Below the pieces are notes generated by a model that was not told where the DNA came from, made no database searches, and saw nothing but the letters and a program-made list of their open reading frames with translations. Of a DNA stretch of 64,000 nucleotides, positions 60,273 through 64,000 are shown piece by piece. The stretch lies in the IMG/VR virus record IMGVR_UViG_3300025016_000004; one strand, 5' to 3'. This stretch comes from a virus. Its lineage: Duplodnaviria; Caudoviricetes. Within the stretch, counting starts at the first letter, position 1; every line of letters starts with the position of its first letter. The position numbers were made by a program, and so were the translations under genes.

Positions 60273-60422
60273 TTATTCACCATATAAGTCTGCTTGTTTT
60301 TTACAAGCATCCTTGATTAACTTCTCAACAAACCCAAACATTTTAAGACCATTGTCTTGACAATAATCTTTTAAAATTTTATGTGTTGTTGGTGTGATTT
60401 TCAAGTTTTTACTCCTTTTCAT
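60273..60422 (-). CDS. Small ribbon-helix-helix-like DNA-binding protein
   Basis: MKRSKNLKITPTTHKILKDYC...LKMFGFVEKLI; TATTTAT 12 nt upstream supports ATG 60422. Confidence 0.6.
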   Translation of the reverse strand: MKRSKNLKITPTTHKILKDYCQDNGLKMFGFVEKLIKDACKKQADLYGE

Positions 60423-60573
60423 AGGGTTTTTATTATAAATATAGAGGAAGTATGATAAAACTAAGACAAAAATCATACTAATTATTATATATGTAATATA
60501 TAATAAAACCTTTTGATAAAAATTTATATATTTATTTAAAAATAAGAATTACAAACTTTAAAATATTAATTAC

Positions 60574-62994
60574 ATGAGTTCTAACAACAGAGTATTCGTA
60601 AGCCCAGGAGTTTACACTTCAGAGAAAGATTTATCATTTGTAACACGTCAAGTTGGTGTAACAACATTAGGTTTGGTAGGTGAGACAACAAAAGGTCCAG
60701 CTTTCCAACCAATTTTTGTTTCTGACTTTAACGAGTTCAAAGCGTTTTTCGGTGGTCTTAACGCAACAAAAGTAGCCAGCACAGGTTACCCAAAATATGA
60801 ATTGCCATATATCGCAAAATCATATTTCACAAAATCAAACCAACTGTATGTGACTAGAGTTTTAGGATTTTCAGGCTATGATGCTGGACAATCTTGGGCG
60901 ATAACAGCTGATAATAACCAAGTGGTTGCGCTTTTAAGAAGTAGAGCCGCTTATGATGGTACTGAAACATTAACATTCCAAACTACCGCATTAGGAATGG
61001 TTGATAGTTTAAGTGCGTTGACTGCTGATGCTAAGGCTGAGTTTACTCTTAGTGGGGCTTCAACAACAAGTACTGGATTTACATACAACGTTTCTTTTGA
61101 TTCAACCAAAAAGAATTTCATTACTAGAGTATTAGGTACTAACGCTGAAACAGGTCAAGCACCTATTTATGTTGAGGAAATTTATTCAAAGATGTTAGAA
61201 AATTTAATTTCTACTTCAGGTGTGACTGGATTAACTGTTGGGTTAATTGATAATGCGTCTATATTTTCAGATTATAAAACTGAATATTTACCAGCTGTAA
61301 CACCATGGGTAGTTTCAGAGGTTAACGGTAACGTTATTAAAAAATTATTTAGATTAGTTACAATATCTGATGGTAATACTGCAAACTCTGAAATTAAGGT
61401 TTCAATTGAAAATATTAAACCTGATGATAGAGAATTCGATGTTAGAATTAGGGCTTTTTATGATACTGATGCAAACCCTGTTACATTAGAAAGATTTTCA
61501 AGATGTACTATGGACCCAACTTCAGATAACTTCGTTGCTAGAAGAATTGGTACTTTAGATGGTTTTTATGCATCTAACTCAAATTATGTATTACTTGAAT
61601 TGGATGAAGATGAAGATACTACAACTTCTTTCCCAGCTGGTTTTACAGGTGTTCCATCAAGAATTTATAGTGGTGTTGATGCACCTTCAATTGGGTATAA
61701 CCAATCTTACGCTGCATATTCTAAAATTAGAAAAATTTATTTAGGTTTATCTGATACTGTTGGTATTGACCAAAATTTCTTTAATTACTTAGGTACTGAT
61801 TTAACAGTAACAAGTGGTGTTACTGATGGATTCCACATGGATAGCGGTGCAACTAACAGTATGTTAGCTGGATACACCTTTGTTAATGGTGATTCTGAAC
61901 TTAGAGATGATGCTGGAATAGTTGGTACTAGCTACGAAAAGATATATTCTCGTAAATTCACAATGGCACCTTACGGTGGTTTTGATGGGTGGGATATCTT
62001 TAGAAATAGTGAAAGAACAAACACTGACACATTCAAAATTGGTGGAGCTAAAAGTAGTTTAGCTATAACAAGTACTGCAATTGAAACTAAAGTTGTGAGT
62101 AACGGTGATTTAGGAACAACTTCCGATTATTACGCTTATTTTGAAGCTATAAACACATTCAATAACCCTGAAGCTATTAACATTAATGTGTTAGCAACAC
62201 CAGGTATTGATGTATTTAATCAAACAAATTTAGTTGAAGCTACAATTGAAATGGTTGAAGAGCAAAGATGTGATTCAATTTATATTGTAACTACACCAGA
62301 TAGAAATGCTGGTACTGAAGATATCTTAGATGTTGATGATGTAGTTTCTACATTGGATAATACAGGAATCGATAGTAACTATACTGCAACATACTGGCCT
62401 TGGGTGCAAGTATCTGATACAGATAACAACGTATTACTTTACTTACCGCCTACAAGAGATGTGTGTAGAAATATCGCATTAACTGATAATGTATCATTCC
62501 CATGGTTTGCTGTGGCGGGTGTTCAAAGAGGTGTTGTGCAAGCGATTAAAGCAAGAAAAAAATTAACTCTAGATGAAAGAGATACATTGTATGAAGGTAG
62601 AATTAACCCAATTGCAACATTCGCTTCTGAAGGACTTGTTATATTTGGTAATAAAAACTTACAAACTAAAGATTCTGCATTAAACAGACTTAACGTAAGA
62701 AGGTTATTATTACAAGCAAGAAAATTAATATCTGCTGTATCAATAAGATTATTATTCGAACAAAACGATGAAGTAGTAAGAAATCAATTCAAAACATTGG
62801 TTAACCCAATTCTTGAAAACATTAGAAGTGAAAGAGGTCTTACAGATTTCCGTGTAGAAGTTGATAACACACCTGAATCAATTGATAGAGGTGAATTAAA
62901 TGGTAGAATTTTAATAAAACCAACTAGAGCTTTAGAGTTCATCACAGTTGAATTTGTGGTAATGAATACTGGTGCTTCATTCGAGGACATATAA
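60574..62994 (+). CDS. Contractile tail sheath protein (gp18-like)
   Basis: FVSPGVYTSE, VGETTKGP, ATPGID, PWFAVAG.QRG, RINPI, NVRRLL, PTRALEFI. Confidence 0.95.
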   Translation: MSSNNRVFVSPGVYTSEKDLSFVTRQVGVTTLGLVGETTKGPAFQPIFVSDFNEFKAFFGGLNATKVASTGYPKYELPYIAKSYFTKSNQLYVTRVLGFSGYDAGQSWAITADNNQVVALLRSRAAYDGTETLTFQTTALGMVDSLSALTADAKAEFTLSGASTTSTGFTYNVSFDSTKKNFITRVLGTNAETGQAPIYVEEIYSKMLENLISTSGVTGLTVGLIDNASIFSDYKTEYLPAVTPWVVSEVNGNVIKKLFRLVTISDGNTANSEIKVSIENIKPDDREFDVRIRAFYDTDANPVTLERFSRCTMDPTSDNFVARRIGTLDGFYASNSNYVLLELDEDEDTTTSFPAGFTGVPSRIYSGVDAPSIGYNQSYAAYSKIRKIYLGLSDTVGIDQNFFNYLGTDLTVTSGVTDGFHMDSGATNSMLAGYTFVNGDSELRDDAGIVGTSYEKIYSRKFTMAPYGGFDGWDIFRNSERTNTDTFKIGGAKSSLAITSTAIETKVVSNGDLGTTSDYYAYFEAINTFNNPEAININVLATPGIDVFNQTNLVEATIEMVEEQRCDSIYIVTTPDRNAGTEDILDVDDVVSTLDNTGIDSNYTATYWPWVQVSDTDNNVLLYLPPTRDVCRNIALTDNVSFPWFAVAGVQRGVVQAIKARKKLTLDERDTLYEGRINPIATFASEGLVIFGNKNLQTKDSALNRLNVRRLLLQARKLISAVSIRLLFEQNDEVVRNQFKTLVNPILENIRSERGLTDFRVEVDNTPESIDRGELNGRILIKPTRALEFITVEFVVMNTGASFEDI

Positions 62995-63008
62995 AGTATT
63001 AATATAAT

Positions 63009-63043
63009 AAAAAACTCCTTAATGATTTATTAAGGAGTTTTTT
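63009..63043. terminator. Bidirectional intrinsic terminator
   Basis: AAAAAACTCCTTAAT-GATTT-ATTAAGGAGTTTTTT. Confidence 0.88.
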
Positions 63044-64000
63044 TATATGTAATAGTTCCACAATCATAAATTCTATTAAAACCCCTATTACTCATTATCT
63101 CACATTCAGTTAGATTTCCATCAAAACCTTCTTTAATTAATTTATCTTTTCTAAAACCAAATCTATGTTTACGATTTTTATTAATAACATACCAATAATT
63201 AGGTTTGTTGATTCTAATTTCTTCAAAACCTAATGTTTTATATAATCCACCATCACTCCATCTTCTATCTGCATAACTAACAATTTCTTTCGGCCTATTT
63301 TCACGTATGAAATGTTTTAAAAGTTTTGATGCACCACCAATAACATTTGTGTTTAATTTATTACAAAATCTAGACAATTCAAAATCATATTTTTGTTGTC
63401 CAATACCCAATCTAGGTTTATTAAATAACATAATACTAACCAATTCACCCTTATAACGCAATCCAATGTGATGCGTTGCATTTATACCACCTTGTAGGTG
63501 ATTATCATTAAGAAATTTAATACTCTCTGAGTTACTTATATTATCTATAATACACTCTCTACCATAAATTCTATTTTCAGTTAGATTTAATAGATTTTTT
63601 AATCTTGATTTAACAATTTCTGGTGTGTTAACCCATTCATCTTCAAAAATATGGATTAATTGAATACCTTGTTTATCACATAATTGGGTTTTATTTAAAT
63701 GATAATCTTTATTTAAAAATTCTTCAGAATGCCAATATAATCCATCAAACTCGATTGCTATTTTCTTAGATGGTATGTATATATCTAATTCTTTACCTAA
63801 TATTATTGACCTATTAGATGTAATTGTGTCAACACCTAACGAATTAATGAATTTATTAATTTCAATTTCTTGGTTGGATATAATTGAGACACATTTAGCA
63901 CAACCATGTCCACTTAAATGGTCATAAGGTAATTGCTCAAAATCACCATGCTTGGGGCATGTAATATTGTATTTATTAACCATATTAACATAATCACCAG
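63030..64000 (-). mobile_element. Free-standing Vsr-like homing endonuclease, partial (frame open to window end)
   Basis: ITCPKHG...HL.GHGCAKC, ELDIYIP..IAIEFDGLYWH, IHIFEDEW; frame continues GDYVN upstream of 63983. Confidence 0.8.

Noticed and set aside
1414-62990. Short antisense ORFs in the track (e.g. 1414+, 1935+, 10880+, 19438+, 26024+, 41483-, 52634+, 62784-)
   Set aside because: They lie wholly opposite well-supported genes and have no recognisable motifs.
1-64000. Stop-codon reassignment as seen in some jumbo phages
   Set aside because: Long genes (polymerase, sheath, fibres) are intact under code 11 and coding density is high.
1-64000. tRNA or rRNA genes
   Set aside because: No cloverleaf or T-loop signatures were seen in the short intergenic gaps; a tRNAscan run would be needed to exclude them formally.

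Overview
This is an AT-rich 64 kb segment of a large myovirus-type (jumbo-like) dsDNA phage, read in standard code 11. The host is unresolved: there are no Shine-Dalgarno motifs and two TAnnTTTG motifs hint at Bacteroidota, but sigma70-like -35/-10 promoters also occur. From 1 to 33 kb (minus strand) lie a gp55-like sigma factor, PhoH and a ~26 kb sugar-nucleotide/glycosyltransferase island (Gmd, GT2-Fcl fusion, C-methyltransferase, RfbH, RmlD-like, GT2/GT4/GT11/GT17). From 33 to 64 kb lie virion genes (1950-aa His-x-His repeat fibre, S74-chaperone tail fibre, LamG protein, neck, head and tail completion, tail sheath), interleaved with a family B DNA polymerase, glutaredoxin and an SNF2 helicase. 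The window is heavily parasitised, with 5 LAGLIDADG inteins, 6 free-standing homing endonuclease genes (HEGs) and one IS200/IS605-type miniature element. The most striking observation is missed by the ORF track. Three HEG cassettes sit inside the 5' end of a host gene, leave the old N-terminus stranded as a short dead ORF, and supply a replacement N-terminus at their 3' end. In one of them the replacement is out of frame with the gene body (AGT-TG-AGC behind a 14-bp hairpin), and a 5-nt ribosomal hop over the stop codon would restore the ancestral protein sequence exactly. Family assignments come from motif recognition only; no database search was run.
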